In this document: positions 10,123 to 22,200 of the stretch, piece by piece
Layout: every line of letters begins with the position of its first letter
Numbering within the stretch: position 1 is the first letter of the stretch
From: Polyangiaceae bacterium
GTDB taxonomy: Bacteria; Myxococcota_A; Polyangia; Polyangiales; Polyangiaceae
Length of the DNA: 64,000 bases
NCBI GenBank assembly: GCA_050287085.1
Contig: JBNKBE010000005.1
Span: forward strand, 96,001 to 160,000
Direction of reading: 5' to 3'
Made by a program: the position numbers and the translations under genes
Notes under the pieces: model-generated
The model's input: only the letters and a program-made list of their open reading frames with translations
The model's database searches: none
Told to the model about the DNA's origin: nothing

Positions 10123-11124
10123 CTACTTGATCGTACCACTGAGCTCCAACATAGCCAAGATGCTGCGCTCCGCGCGCTGACGCAGATCCTCGTCCATCAC
10201 CAGCTCCGGCTGCATGTCACGCAGGGCAAGATACACCTTCTCGGGGGTATTCAAGCGCATGAAGGGGCACTCATTGCATGCGCAAGTATCCTCCTCGGGA
10301 GGAGCCGGGATTAGCTCCTTGCCGGGAGCTCGCTTCCGCATCTCGTGCAAGATGCCGGGCTCGGTGGCCACGATGAACTGCTCGGAGTTGTCGTTCTCGA
10401 CAAATCGGAGCAGGGCAGCGGTCGATCCAATGAAGTCAGCCATGTCGAGAAGGGGCTCCTCACACTCGGGGTGCGCGATAACCTTAGCGAGGGGATGGCT
10501 GATCTTCAACGCGTGAAGCTTCTTCTGGCTAAACGTTTCATGGACAATGCAACTGCCCTGCCATAGGTGCATCGAGCGCCCCGTCTGCTTCATCACATAA
10601 CGTCCGAGGTTTTGGTCGGGAGCAAATAGCAGTGGCCTGTCCTTTGGCATTTGTTCCACGATCGCAACGGCGTTGCTACTGGTTACGATGTAGTCGCTCA
10701 GTGCCTTTACCTCCGCCGTACAGTTGATATAGGACAGCGTAATGGCGCCAGGAAACTGCGACTGCCAGGCGCGAAACTCGTCGGCTTTGCAACCGTCCGC
10801 CAACGAACACCCGGCCTTCATGTCGGGCACGAGCACCGTACGCCCTGGATTGAGAATCTTGGCGGTCTCGGCCATGAAGTGCACCCCCGCAAACAAGATC
10901 ACGTCCGCTTCGGTTTCTTGCGCTTTGCGCGCTAGCTGCAGCGAGTCCCCGATGAAGTCCGCGAGGTCTTGAATCTCGCTCTCTTGATAGTAGTGAGCTA
11001 GCAAGACAGCATTGCGCTCCTCTTTCAAACGCAATATCTCACGGTCCAGGTCCAGACTGGTGAGCGCTGGATCGACGGTTGTCGCGGGCGAGACCAGGGG
11101 CAACGAACGAGATGGGTCAACCAT
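10123..11124 (-). CDS. nadA: Quinolinate synthase
   Basis: [51 protein letters not shown]. Confidence 0.97.
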   Translation of the reverse strand: MVDPSRSLPLVSPATTVDPALTSLDLDREILRLKEERNAVLLAHYYQESEIQDLADFIGDSLQLARKAQETEADVILFAGVHFMAETAKILNPGRTVLVPDMKAGCSLADGCKADEFRAWQSQFPGAITLSYINCTAEVKALSDYIVTSSNAVAIVEQMPKDRPLLFAPDQNLGRYVMKQTGRSMHLWQGSCIVHETFSQKKLHALKISHPLAKVIAHPECEEPLLDMADFIGSTAALLRFVENDNSEQFIVATEPGILHEMRKRAPGKELIPAPPEEDTCACNECPFMRLNTPEKVYLALRDMQPELVMDEDLRQRAERSILAMLELSGTIK

Positions 11125-11174
11125 AGTGCCCACCTTTTAGCGCGCCTCCCGGGACAGGCGAACAAAAAGCGCCC

Positions 11175-14100
11175 ATGGCCAAAGCTCACGGGAGCAACTC
11201 GGCGTTGCGAAAGCAGCGAACCGTGTACACTGCAACGATGGTTGCTTGTTCGTTGCGTCCTGACCGCAACGGTCCCGCGCGGAAAGGACGCCCGCCGGAC
11301 CCGCGCGGCGCGAGCTACAGGTCGCGGTGCGCCGCCCTATTCCTGATCGGACACCTTCGCTCCGGCACTATCGCTGCCGCTGCGCTCGTCCTGCTACCCG
11401 CGTGTGGACCTGGGCTACGAGGGACGGCTTCAGAAAGCCTCGCCCCCCATGGCGTCCTGGTGACGGAAGACGCGACGACCTGGCCCGCGCAAGCGTACCC
11501 CAGCCTCGAACAAGACGTCACGGATTCATCAGGTGACGGAACCCGGCGTTGGCTCAACCACGGCGAACGTCTGGAACATACTCCCGGACGGCTTCCCACT
11601 CGGGCACACCAACGGCTTCCCGCCGAAGACTATGCCGTCCTTCCATTGCCAGCGCACCTTGGGGGCGGCTTTCTTTTCGGCACCCTCAGCCGTCCGAGCC
11701 GGCTCTGGCACGCCTCCTCGTGGACGGCGCCGCTGCACGCCATCGCCACCGCAACCCAGGCGATGACCCATTGGTTTGCTAGCTTCAATCACGTCTTGTT
11801 GAACGTCGAGGGCGATCTCTTCGAGCTTCAGCCAGACTCTTGGCAAATCGTACCCGCAACGCACATTCCAGCAGCGCCAACCCTGCAGGAATTCGTGGCG
11901 ATTGACGACTTCTTCGGCGCCGCGACCACACCCCCACTTGGCATTCAGGTAACGTTCGATGCTGGAAACAGCTGGAGCTTGCTCTCCGATGCACGTACCG
12001 TCGGTGCCAAGCTCGATCGCGAAGGTCAATGGCTCACCTTCGCCACGGAAAAGCATCGCGTTCTGCTGGCGCGAAGTGGACGCATGTGGGAAGCGCCACC
12101 ATCACCTCCCGAGGTGAACGTGGGAGGGGGTCCCATATCCGAAGCGTCCCGAAGAGCCCACGTCCAATCGGAAAGCGCAGCATTTCCCCTCGGACGCGAT
12201 CCGCTTGCGACCCTATTGAGCAACGGGCTGCCACTGCGTAATCGTCGGGCCCTCGGATACCTGGGAGGCACGCTCGGAATCGTGAACCTGACCACAGGCA
12301 CTCTTACGAGACACCGCCATGACTCAAAACTGGCGACCAAGGACTGCAGGCTGATCAACTGGTCCAACGCGGCAGGCTTGTACTGTTTGGATGCAGAAAC
12401 AAGTCTCTACCGCATCGACCGGAACCTGACTCCACGCTTCGTCCGGCGCTTCCCGACGCAGCGAGCCTTGCTATCGGCTAACGAGTTGGGCCTTACGCTG
12501 AGCGGTGGCTGCAGCTCGGCGCGCGGCAGCAAGCTCTTTGCCCACATCGCGCCCGGCGGCGCTTGCTGGCAGTACCAACCCCACACCCCTGAGGCAGCGC
12601 AGGGCCGAAGCGGAGTCAGCGTGGCAAGTTCCGACGACGGGCAATTCTGGGTGTTGTCCGCTCCCACGGACGACACGAGCGGCACGCTCGAACACTTCAA
12701 GGAAGGTCAGCTCGAGGAGGTCGCGTTGGTCTGGAACGGCGCGTTCAACCGCCAGCTCGCCCAGAAGGGCACCTGGCTCCCGTCGCTACAACTCCTTTCC
12801 GACGGCAGAGTTGGTACGTGGGCGGTTCAGCAGAACCGTTATGCCGGCATGGTCGTCGGCGCCGATGGACGAGTCCAAGTTCATCCAGTGGATCGCGAAG
12901 CTTCGGAAACCACATTTCAAGGCAAGATCGCCGTGCACGCCTCTGCCTTGAGCGGAGCGGTCGCCATCAGTACCGACCTTGGGGCAACGTTTCGAACACT
13001 CGAGCCTCTCAGAGCCGACAACAGCCGAAGCGATGTGCCGCCGGAGCGAGCTTGGTGTTCGCTCGTCGGATGCGAGGTTGGTGGAATCCGCATTCTTGGC
13101 TATGGGATCGACGACGACGCCGTTGTGCCTGCGCCGGATCCTCCCCCGCTATCACTGCGTCCAACCCGCTATGACGACTGGCGTTTTGACTGCAGTGCGC
13201 AGCCGCCCATCGCATCCCCCCATCGGCCACCGCCAAACTCTCCGGCCTCGCGGACGCGTTTCGCCGTGGGTTTCGGGCCCTCCACACAACCCCTCGGCTC
13301 CTTCGAGGGAGCCCCGCCGGCCGCGGATTTCCAGGCCCGTGCCGGACTGCCCCCCCCTCGCGTCGACGCCAGCCTACGGCTTGCCCGGCATAGCGTAGTC
13401 CCCACTCACTACTCGGCCTTTGCCTGGGCCCCTTCCCCCGCAACCTGGCGCAGCGACGCAGAGTGGCGTATTCAGGTAGCCGATCCGTTCAGCGAATCCA
13501 GTTGGCAAACAGCGAGCAGCATGGTGCCCTGGTGGAGTCCAGAGCAGGCTCATGGCATCATGGGTAGTGACCAGCTGCGTACTCCGCGTTGGTCGTTGGA
13601 GCTCAGCACAACGGAAGCGGGTGGCCTGCTGCTCACGGGCGATCTCCGCCATGCTCAGCTTCACGTTCTAGAGCCCAACAAGCCGATTCGGAGTTTTGCA
13701 GATGTCGAAGGCTTCGACATGTCGGGCGCCGCACGCCTCGATGAACGCTGGTACTTCGGGCGCCAGCAAGGGTCGGCGTTTCACATCTTTCGATTGGAGG
13801 CGCAGGGCCCAGCGGAAATCCGAATCTTGGAACTCGGCAATCCACAACACCATGCCCAATTGATAGGTGCCGCCGATGGCTCACAGTTGGCGCTCCGGGT
13901 CCGTGCACAACAGGGCCATTGGTACGTATTCGCCCTGGGCGACGACCTCGAGATAGTCGCCCAACGACACTATGTCCCTTCTCAGTTGGATGCGCCCCCC
14001 AAGCCCTGCGTGGGGCCGCCGCTCGGATTTGTTTCGGTGGAATCAGTACCCTTGATGGGTACTTACACGACGCTGCTGGCGCCGCGCCTTCGAGGCGTCT

Positions 14101-14318
14101 CGCCGGGTCACTTCGAAGGCCAACTCTTTGCACGCGTGGAGCTGCGCGAAAAGGAAATCTGCCTCACAGCGCTTTCCGCACGGACGTCATCGCTGCCCAA
14201 TGACTCAGCGCAAGGGCCTAGTGCCGGCATTCCACTCATCCTGCGCGAACAACAGCGCGGCCGGACCAAGTCATACCGATGCACCGCAGCCACGCGCGGA
14301 CGAACCTTGGAGCCATAG
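11175..14318 (+). CDS. Large hypothetical lipoprotein (beta-propeller-like); true start probably downstream of 11175
   Basis: 1047-aa ORF; lipobox LVLLPAC; Asp-box-like motifs TFDAGNSW and STDLGATF; CSLVGC motif. Confidence 0.65.
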   Translation: MAKAHGSNSALRKQRTVYTATMVACSLRPDRNGPARKGRPPDPRGASYRSRCAALFLIGHLRSGTIAAAALVLLPACGPGLRGTASESLAPHGVLVTEDATTWPAQAYPSLEQDVTDSSGDGTRRWLNHGERLEHTPGRLPTRAHQRLPAEDYAVLPLPAHLGGGFLFGTLSRPSRLWHASSWTAPLHAIATATQAMTHWFASFNHVLLNVEGDLFELQPDSWQIVPATHIPAAPTLQEFVAIDDFFGAATTPPLGIQVTFDAGNSWSLLSDARTVGAKLDREGQWLTFATEKHRVLLARSGRMWEAPPSPPEVNVGGGPISEASRRAHVQSESAAFPLGRDPLATLLSNGLPLRNRRALGYLGGTLGIVNLTTGTLTRHRHDSKLATKDCRLINWSNAAGLYCLDAETSLYRIDRNLTPRFVRRFPTQRALLSANELGLTLSGGCSSARGSKLFAHIAPGGACWQYQPHTPEAAQGRSGVSVASSDDGQFWVLSAPTDDTSGTLEHFKEGQLEEVALVWNGAFNRQLAQKGTWLPSLQLLSDGRVGTWAVQQNRYAGMVVGADGRVQVHPVDREASETTFQGKIAVHASALSGAVAISTDLGATFRTLEPLRADNSRSDVPPERAWCSLVGCEVGGIRILGYGIDDDAVVPAPDPPPLSLRPTRYDDWRFDCSAQPPIASPHRPPPNSPASRTRFAVGFGPSTQPLGSFEGAPPAADFQARAGLPPPRVDASLRLARHSVVPTHYSAFAWAPSPATWRSDAEWRIQVADPFSESSWQTASSMVPWWSPEQAHGIMGSDQLRTPRWSLELSTTEAGGLLLTGDLRHAQLHVLEPNKPIRSFADVEGFDMSGAARLDERWYFGRQQGSAFHIFRLEAQGPAEIRILELGNPQHHAQLIGAADGSQLALRVRAQQGHWYVFALGDDLEIVAQRHYVPSQLDAPPKPCVGPPLGFVSVESVPLMGTYTTLLAPRLRGVSPGHFEGQLFARVELREKEICLTALSARTSSLPNDSAQGPSAGIPLILREQQRGRTKSYRCTAATRGRTLEP

Positions 14319-14367
14319 CGCCCCTGAAGCGAGCACAGCAGCCCCGCCGCCCCACTCAGCTCAGCGC

Positions 14368-15174
14368 CTAGCTCAACTCGTCAGCACGCGCTGTTGCGTC
14401 GATTACGGCGTGCATCACCGCGGCGCGAAAGCCCCCCTCCTCGAGCGCGCGCACGCCATGAATGGTTGTCCCCCCCGGACTGGTCACCAAGTCTTTGAAC
14501 ACCGCCGGATGCCCATCCTGCTGCTGCACCCACTGCGCCGCTCCGAGGACCGTCTGCTTGGCGAGCTGCAACGCCATGGCGCGTGGCAACCCAGCGTGAA
14601 CACCACCGTCAGCCAGTGCCTCAATGAATAACATCACGTAGGCCGGACCACTTCCGGACAACCCAGTAACGGCGTTCATGTACTGTTCACCGACGACAAC
14701 GACTTGCCCCACCGCTGAGAATATTGCCGCAATCTCAATCTGCAAGGCTTCGGAAACGCCCTCTCCAAAGGCCAGCGCGCTCATACCCGCCCCGACCAGT
14801 GCAGGTGTGTTGGGCATCACCCTCACAACTGGAATGCGCCCCAAAGACCACTCACCCAGGGACGCTAGCGACACCCCCGCACACAAGCTGACCAGGACCT
14901 GCCCGGAACGCAGCCGACTCGAGATACTCGACACTACATCGCGAGACACCTGCGGCTTAACCGCCAGAACTACGATATCAGAGCGTTCCACGACGGCAAG
15001 ATTGTCCTCCTCCACATTGCTGCCCCCTATGAGTGCCGAAAGGGCCTCCCGACGCGCCGCTGACGGGTCACTTGCACACAGAGCCCCCGGGGCTCGCCCT
15101 GACCGGCACAGACCCGCCAAGATCGCCGATGCCATGTTTCCCCCGCCAATGAAACCAATTCGAAAGTCACCCAT
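14368..15174 (-). CDS. proC: Pyrroline-5-carboxylate reductase
   Basis: IGFIGGGNMA, LAVKPQ, RVMPNTP, TGLSGSGPAY, VTSPGGTT. Confidence 0.97.
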   Translation of the reverse strand: MGDFRIGFIGGGNMASAILAGLCRSGRAPGALCASDPSAARREALSALIGGSNVEEDNLAVVERSDIVVLAVKPQVSRDVVSSISSRLRSGQVLVSLCAGVSLASLGEWSLGRIPVVRVMPNTPALVGAGMSALAFGEGVSEALQIEIAAIFSAVGQVVVVGEQYMNAVTGLSGSGPAYVMLFIEALADGGVHAGLPRAMALQLAKQTVLGAAQWVQQQDGHPAVFKDLVTSPGGTTIHGVRALEEGGFRAAVMHAVIDATARADELS

Positions 15175-15212
15175 TACGCAAGCTCCTTTGCTCACCCCGC
15201 ACGGGGTGACGC

Positions 15213-16310
15213 CTAAAACCAATCCCGAATTCGCTCAAACACGCCACGTTCACGGCTTTCGAGTTCAGACCCCAACTGTCGAATCTTGGCGCGCTGCTCA
15301 TCATTGCGGGCCGTCGGCACGGTCACCTTGAGCTCAACCCAATGGTCTCCTACGCCAGATCGATAGCGATGCTCCACTCCAGCACGCCGAATACGCAGAC
15401 GGTCGCCGTGCTGAGCCCCGGCTGGGATTCGCAGCACAGTCTCGCCGCGAAGAGTCGAAACGTTCAACTCCGTGCCGCGAGCGGCCTGACTGAACGATAA
15501 CGTCGCCTGCGAAACGATATCGTCCTCCTCCCGACGAAAGTCAGGATGCGCGCCAACACGAATGACCAGGGTCATGTCACCCCGAGGCCCCCCGGGCACG
15601 GCTCGATCGCCAACGCCGATGATCTCCTGGCTGGCACCGTCCTCGACTCCAGGTGGAACGGCAACAGAGAGCCGGTGTGCTCGTCGCACCAGACCACGTC
15701 CCGCGCAATGTGCGCAGGGCGTTTCATAAGAGGCACCGGTCCCGTGACAGGTAGGACATGGCTGAGAGCCCAAAGACACCCCCAGGAGCGGCGCGACCAA
15801 GTCGAGCCGGCCTCGACCACCGCAGGTAGGACAACGCCGTGAGTGGGTGCCCGGTTCGGCACCACTCCCCTCGCAGCGTTCGCAGTCTTCCATCCGCTCG
15901 TAGCGTACTTCTTTGGTACACCCCAGAGCCGCCTCGACAAACTCGAGCTCGATGACGTGACTGACAGCCGCAGCGTCCGCTGACCGCCTGCGACCGGCGG
16001 AGGAGAAGACCTGACCGAATAGCTCCTCCAGATCGACCCCTGTCGGTGGACCCCACGCCCCGCCCGGCGGTGCACCACTCTGCCCAAAGCGGTCGAAGTG
16101 AGCACGTCGCTCCTCATTCGAGAGTAACTGGAAGGCCGCGTTAACCTCCTTAAAGCGCTCCTGAGCGCCCGGATCGTCTGGGTGTAGGTCTGGGTGGTTC
16201 TCGCGCGCCAAACGCCGGAATGCGTTCCGTATCTGCTCCTCACTCGCACCGCGAGGCACACCTAGAACTCGATACGGATCCGACACGGGACGGGTCATAG
16301 CAATGGACAT
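15213..16310 (-). CDS. dnaJ: Type I J-domain chaperone DnaJ
   Basis: J-domain with HPD; G/F-rich region; four CxxCxGxG repeats; C-terminal substrate-binding domain. Confidence 0.92.
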   Translation of the reverse strand: MSIAMTRPVSDPYRVLGVPRGASEEQIRNAFRRLARENHPDLHPDDPGAQERFKEVNAAFQLLSNEERRAHFDRFGQSGAPPGGAWGPPTGVDLEELFGQVFSSAGRRRSADAAAVSHVIELEFVEAALGCTKEVRYERMEDCERCEGSGAEPGTHSRRCPTCGGRGRLDLVAPLLGVSLGSQPCPTCHGTGASYETPCAHCAGRGLVRRAHRLSVAVPPGVEDGASQEIIGVGDRAVPGGPRGDMTLVIRVGAHPDFRREEDDIVSQATLSFSQAARGTELNVSTLRGETVLRIPAGAQHGDRLRIRRAGVEHRYRSGVGDHWVELKVTVPTARNDEQRAKIRQLGSELESRERGVFERIRDWF

Positions 16311-16371
16311 CCTGGTCGAAAAGCCCTGGTCGCCAGCGGCGCACCTCTCAGAATCGCGCTACAGTCACCCG

Positions 16372-16752
16372 ATGGCCGCAGAGTCGCTGCAACAAGAGAC
16401 GAAAGCGATCGAGCTGAACGTTGAATATCAACAGATGAACGCCTTTTTCGCTGACTATGCGCGAAATATTTCTCGCGGGGGCAGTTTCATCGCTACGGCA
16501 ACTCCCCTTGGTATCGGTACGGAGTTCCGTTTTTCTTTGCACGTGCCCCAGCTAGCGGAGCCACTCCGCTTCCACGGCACGGTCATGTGGGTCACCGTCG
16601 AAGCGGAAGCATCGCCCGGCAATCCGGCAGGAATGGGCATCGAGATTCGGCCCTTGGACGAGGCCGGACATCAGAAGCAGCGCCACGACATCGAAGCGTT
16701 GATGTACGACGAATTGGGACCGCAGCTCACCGCCCGGCTCCTCGGATTGTGA
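16372..16752 (+). CDS. PilZ-fold protein, myxobacterial TIGR02266 family
   Basis: YARNISRGGSFIAT, GTVMWV, PAGMGIE; the N-terminal RxxxR c-di-GMP motif is not evident. Confidence 0.85.
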   Translation: MAAESLQQETKAIELNVEYQQMNAFFADYARNISRGGSFIATATPLGIGTEFRFSLHVPQLAEPLRFHGTVMWVTVEAEASPGNPAGMGIEIRPLDEAGHQKQRHDIEALMYDELGPQLTARLLGL

Positions 16753-16824
16753 CTCCTCGTTGACCCCCGACGAAGCGAGGCCGAACCGCCCGGCTCTGGC
16801 GGGGTGCTGTCGGGCCGACTCGCT

Positions 16825-19008
16825 CTATTGGGCGGCCGCGTGCGCGGTCAGCTCGCGAGCCATCCTAACCTCGACCAGCTCGATGGCGTCGCTCTGCGCG
16901 ATCTCTTGTAGACGCTCATGGGTAGCCGGAGTGGGCGTCTGGAAATGCTCCCTCAACGCGATGTAGAAGTCAGCCTCTACTCGCTGCACAAACGACCTCG
17001 CGTCCGCTCGAAGCTGCTCCGAGGTCTTCCTACCTCGGAGCCAATCGCGAAGTGCCCCCGTCCAGGCATTTGGGGGTCGAATGGCCATCAGTCCCTCCGC
17101 TACCGAACCATCTGAAGTCGCGTGTTGGCGCTCCTCACAGAGGGCCGTCCAGACCGTGATATAGAGGAGTGTTTCCGGGTCCAGCGCCAAGTCGATCGCA
17201 CGCCGCAATACGCCACGTGCCGCCGGCAAGTCACCCCAGGTCAGCGCGCGACGCGCGGCGTCCTGCAAGGCTGCGGCGAGTGGCCCACTACTATTCCTGG
17301 CGGCCTCTACCGCGCGATCCGTGGCTGCCTCCGCTTCTTGAATGAGCCCTCGTCGTTCGAAGATCTCAGCCAGTGTGGCTTCCGCAAACGCAAGCTCGGC
17401 CCCCGAATGCGCTTCCTCCCGCGCACGGTCGACGGCAACCCGGGCGCGTTCAAGCGCGTCGCCGCCTCCGTGTCGGGAGGCGCGCACCAGGATGTCTTGC
17501 TCGACGAGTAGTGCCCGCGCGACGCCCACGAAGTCCTGCGCTGCGCTCGCGAGCGCCTCCATGCTGTGAGCGGAACGAAGAGCCCCTTCAATGTTGTTGT
17601 CGTGCAGTTCAATCGCACTCAGCAGTCGCAGGGCGTCCCGAGTGGGTCGCGCAACCACCGCCCGTTCCAGATGTTCCCTGGCCGCCTTGAGATTCCCCTC
17701 GCGACTTTCCATCGCGCCCATCAGATGCTCGATGTCTGCGGGCTCGGGACGCAGCTCGAGGTCGTGCGGCAAACGCGCGGCGGCCGACAGAATGGGAACG
17801 GAGTTGCGATAGGTTCGCCGCGCCACCTCGGGCTCACCGCTCGACTCCGCCCGAACCACCGCGCGCCCCAACATGCGTAGCACTACACCAAACGCCTTTT
17901 CGTTGGACTCCGCCAGCAGAGCGTCACCCACGAGAAGCGGCATGACCTCACCCATCCCGAACTCATCCACCAGCAGGCCCGCCAGAGGTAGCGCCCACCG
18001 GAGTTCCTCGGGTTCAGCTCGGTGCAGCTGAATCGCAGTCCCGAAAGCGGCAGCTCGTGACAATAAGGGATCCGTCTGAGGGCCTTCAGGAGCGCTCGAC
18101 AGATAGAAGCTGAGCAGCGCGGCCCACGCTTCCGCATTGCCATCCGCCGCCTCCTCCAAGCGCCGAGCCAGGGCGGCTCCTAACGGCAACTCATTCGTCT
18201 CAGCTTCCAACTCAGCGGCCGCGCCCGCGGCGTCGCCACTGCGCAAGAAGGAAGCCACCAAATTGGTCGGGCCCATTCGATACGCCCGTTCGGCCGACAG
18301 TCGCTCGTCTTCTTCAGCCTGGGTGGTGGGTACTTCGCCGCGGTCGCGCAGCTCGATCGCTTCGACCATCCAAGCGTTGGTCAGGCGGCGAGCCTCCTCC
18401 AGCACCTCCACCCTGGGCTCCAAGATCAACTGTCCGACGGCGGCCGTATGCGCTACCTCCAGACTTCGTACCGAGCCCCCGCGAGTCGCTTGTTGCCACG
18501 CGGCCAGCGCCTCCAGGTGAGACTGCACCAACGCCCGCCTGGGGTCGGATGGGGGCAAAGAGCTCAGCGCTGCATGATAGAGGGCCTCCGCGCGCCCCTC
18601 GTCGCCGCGGCGCGCCACCGCCGCGGCTCCCTGGATCAGGGCCCCCTCGAGGCCGGTGAACATCTCCGTTCTGAGCTCGCCCACGCGCACCAAGAGAAGC
18701 GCCCCCTCCAAAACACCGAGCGCGGCTTCGTCCTGTCCGGCGGCAAAGAGGTTTTCCGCACGTTCAAGCTGAAAGCGGACCACGCCCACCAGACGCCGTA
18801 GCGTTTCAGGCGATGCTTGCGGAGAACCCAGGACAGCCAGCGTCTCGGACGCAAACAACTCCGCATCGGTAGTCTTTGGCGCCACAGCTACGCGGCTTAA
18901 CGTTTCCGGCACGACCGCCCCAATCGCCCCGGCGCGCGAGCCACAGCCGTAGCAGGCGGCCCCCAGCAGCGCGATGGGAAGCAGCGAAACCCAACGACAA
19001 CGGCGCAT
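16825..19008 (-). CDS. Hypothetical TPR-repeat lipoprotein
   Basis: Lipobox LLGAAC; alanine-rich helical repeats; C-terminal EADFY motif. Confidence 0.65.
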   Translation of the reverse strand: MRRCRWVSLLPIALLGAACYGCGSRAGAIGAVVPETLSRVAVAPKTTDAELFASETLAVLGSPQASPETLRRLVGVVRFQLERAENLFAAGQDEAALGVLEGALLLVRVGELRTEMFTGLEGALIQGAAAVARRGDEGRAEALYHAALSSLPPSDPRRALVQSHLEALAAWQQATRGGSVRSLEVAHTAAVGQLILEPRVEVLEEARRLTNAWMVEAIELRDRGEVPTTQAEEDERLSAERAYRMGPTNLVASFLRSGDAAGAAAELEAETNELPLGAALARRLEEAADGNAEAWAALLSFYLSSAPEGPQTDPLLSRAAAFGTAIQLHRAEPEELRWALPLAGLLVDEFGMGEVMPLLVGDALLAESNEKAFGVVLRMLGRAVVRAESSGEPEVARRTYRNSVPILSAAARLPHDLELRPEPADIEHLMGAMESREGNLKAAREHLERAVVARPTRDALRLLSAIELHDNNIEGALRSAHSMEALASAAQDFVGVARALLVEQDILVRASRHGGGDALERARVAVDRAREEAHSGAELAFAEATLAEIFERRGLIQEAEAATDRAVEAARNSSGPLAAALQDAARRALTWGDLPAARGVLRRAIDLALDPETLLYITVWTALCEERQHATSDGSVAEGLMAIRPPNAWTGALRDWLRGRKTSEQLRADARSFVQRVEADFYIALREHFQTPTPATHERLQEIAQSDAIELVEVRMARELTAHAAAQ

Positions 19009-19288
19009 TAGACACTTACAATGGTGGGAGCGGCCGTGCGTGGCAAGGCGTGACGCCGATGAGCGTGCTACGGCCAGCAAGAGACTGGCCGCAAGCCCGG
19101 ACCTCGGGGCCACGGGTCGGCTCGTCGCGCTGGCGCGGGGGGCCGAATCCCTGGCTAGTTCCGCGCGCGCCCCGCCAGGATGGTGAGCGGAGCGATTCAG
19201 GCTAGGAAGTTCTGACCGGGACCACTACGGTGCCTCGGAAACCAATCGTCTTGTCGGACTCGGATCGCGCAGGATCCGCCGTGAAAGA

Positions 19289-22200
19289 ATGGGCAGCTCC
19301 GAGACGCATACGCCACGCAAGCTAGCGGACTTCGACGTCATCCGACGTCTGGGCGCGGGTGGTATGGCGGAGGTCTTTCTCGCCAAGAAAGACGGCGCGG
19401 AAGGAACGTACAAGCTCCTCGTCCTCAAACGCATTCTGCCCAAGCACGGCTCTTCAGAGCGTTTTCGAGCGATGTTCGCGGAGGAGGCCATGCTGGCCAC
19501 ACGCCTCAACCACCCCAACATCGTGCAGGTATACGACTTCCAAGACTACGGTCCGGAAGGGCTGCTCCTCAGCATGGAGTTCGTAGACGGTCCTGACCTC
19601 CGTCGTCTGCACCGTGCCGCTAGGAGCAAGCAAGCGCGCTTGCCCGTATACCTGGCCGCTTGGATTGTCGCTGAGGTGGCCAAGGGACTTCACTACGCTC
19701 ACGAACGCAAGGACGAAGGAGGTCGACCACTCGACATCGTCCACCGAGACGTGTCGCCGCAAAACATCCTGCTGAGCACCGACGGCTCGGTCAAAGTGGC
19801 CGACTTCGGCATTGCCACGGCCAATCTCTTTCGTCAGGACGGCGGCACGCTCAAGGGCAAGACCGCCTACATGTCGCCGGAGCAGGCCAACGGACTCCGA
19901 GTTGACCGGCGGTCAGACATCTACTCGCTGGGTGTTGTGCTCCACGAGTTGCTTTCTGGCCGCCCGCTCCACGGCGATGCGGACGGGCAGGAACTGCTCG
20001 AAGCGGTGCGCGCCGGGCACGTCGAGCCCCCAGGTCTCTACGTACGAGGTATCCCGGCCGAACTCGAAGCCGTGGTCATGAAGGCTCTTAGCATCGAGCG
20101 CGAGAATCGCTTCAGCACAGCACGCGAGATGGCCAGTGCCATCACTCGCGTGCTGCTGGAGAAGCGGCAGCTGGTCGACGCGCAGACACTTGAGGCGGTC
20201 ATCGCCGAATACGCACCACGCTCGGGCCCGAAGGCGGTTGCGCGGCCGCACCCAGCCGCCTCTCTACGAAGGGCAAGCGACGCCGTGAACCTCGAATTGC
20301 CCCCTGCATTCGGTACCACGACAGGCGAGCTCAATACCGGCGAGTCCAGCGGTCCGGAACTCCGGGAGCGGGCACGCGCGGGGCGTGAGTTCCGACATGT
20401 CGCGGTGGTTGGCCTGCGGGTGTACGGCAGGCAAGCGGTAGAAGAAGCCATCGGCCGCTCGCAAACAACACGCCTACTGGATCAGGTGCGCAATACTCTC
20501 AACGAGATCGCCTACAAGCACGGCACGCATTGGTCATGGCAAGATGAAGACGACACGCAAGGAGCTGGGGGCCCAGGACTCGAGCGCGCGCGCACGGTCG
20601 CTGGGCTCACCGCTAACCCAGCGCGTGCCACGTCCGACGCCGCCGACATGGCCCTGGACGTGCACGAAGCTCTTGCGGGCGCGTGCGACGGCCTGCCTCG
20701 AACCCTCTCGGCCAGCATATGCTTGGTGCGCGGCGTTGCAGAAGGGCGGCGTGACGCTCGGGGGCACCTGACAAGCTACCGCCTTCAAGAGGCGGCAGGT
20801 CATATTGTCGACTACCTCGGCGACCTGGTCCCCCAGGGCGCAACCTGGGCCGCAGGCGGCCTCTATCGCGTGATTCGCCGCGAGTATGTCTGGACCGAAC
20901 TCCCCGCGCTCACCCTCGACCCCCACGTGGCGGGTCTAGCCCGCGGCTCGATACGGGTGTACTCGCTGCTGCGACGCCTCACTCGCGAGGAGGAGCGAGC
21001 CCAGCTGGCGGTCGCGCCGCGCGATCTGATCGGGCGCAATAGCGAGCTCGCTGACTTGCACGCCGCCTACCATCAAGCAGTGGGTCACGATCCGGGCCGC
21101 TTCGTGTGTCGCCGAGTGGTGGGAGAAATCGGCGTCGGGAAGACGGCCTTGTTGTCTTCCTTCTTCGCCGAACTTCCACCAGACGCCAAACGCCTGCGCG
21201 TGGAGTGCTCACAACACCGCAGTGAACTGCCTTTTGCCGCCGCAGCACAGTGGTTGCGCGAGCTGACCGGAATCGGCCACGACGACTCACTGGAACAGGC
21301 AGCGGAAGTGCTGCGCGAGCCGCTCGAAGGCCTGAAGCATCAACGCCATGCTGAGCAGATCTTGCAGCGCATGAGCGAGCTTGCGGTGGGCCGACTATCG
21401 GAAGCCATGGACGAGGCGGACGCCGCACTGCGCCGGCGTCTGCTGACCACTGGTCTTCGTCACCTCTTCGCACGCGCCGCCGAGGATGCACCCTTGGTGG
21501 TGATGCTGGACAGTCTGCAGTGGATGGACCTGCCGAGCCTGGAACTGCTCAGTGCCATGATCCAACGCGGCGGCGAGCTACCCATCTTATTGTTGCTTGG
21601 CTCCCGCCCCGACGAACGATTGGGGCGCTTCTTCGAAGACATCGTCACCATTGAGCTTCGGGGCCTGTCGCCAACCCATCAGATCCGTCTCGTCGAAGCC
21701 CACCTGGGCGCCGATGAGGGCGCGTCTACGGCGTGTGCGGATCTCATCCCGCGAGCCGCTGGCAACCCGTTCTTTCTTCTCGAAATGGTGGACGCACTCC
21801 TCGAACGGGGCGTCCTTGAACTCCGCACCTCTGAGTCGGGTCGCCTCGTTCTACTCCGCAACATGCCCCCCGAAGAGATGCAGGCACCACTGCCGAGCAC
21901 GCTCGAGCAGTTGATCGCCGATCGGCTCTCGGAGCTACCGCAGCCGGAGCATCACATCATCGACTGGCTTGCTGTCGCACGCGGCCCCCTGAGTCCTACG
22001 GACCTCGCAGCGCTCGCGGGCGACAACTCAGTCGATGCGGTCGCGCGCTTGTGCGCGCGAGGGTTGTGCGATCAGAGTCGACACTCCGTCGACGTACGAC
22101 ACCCCCTCACCCGCGACGTCGCCTACCACAGCATCGACCCGGACACGCGTCGGCTCATGCACCAGCGACTGGGAGAGCATCTGATGCAGCTCGGCGAAAG

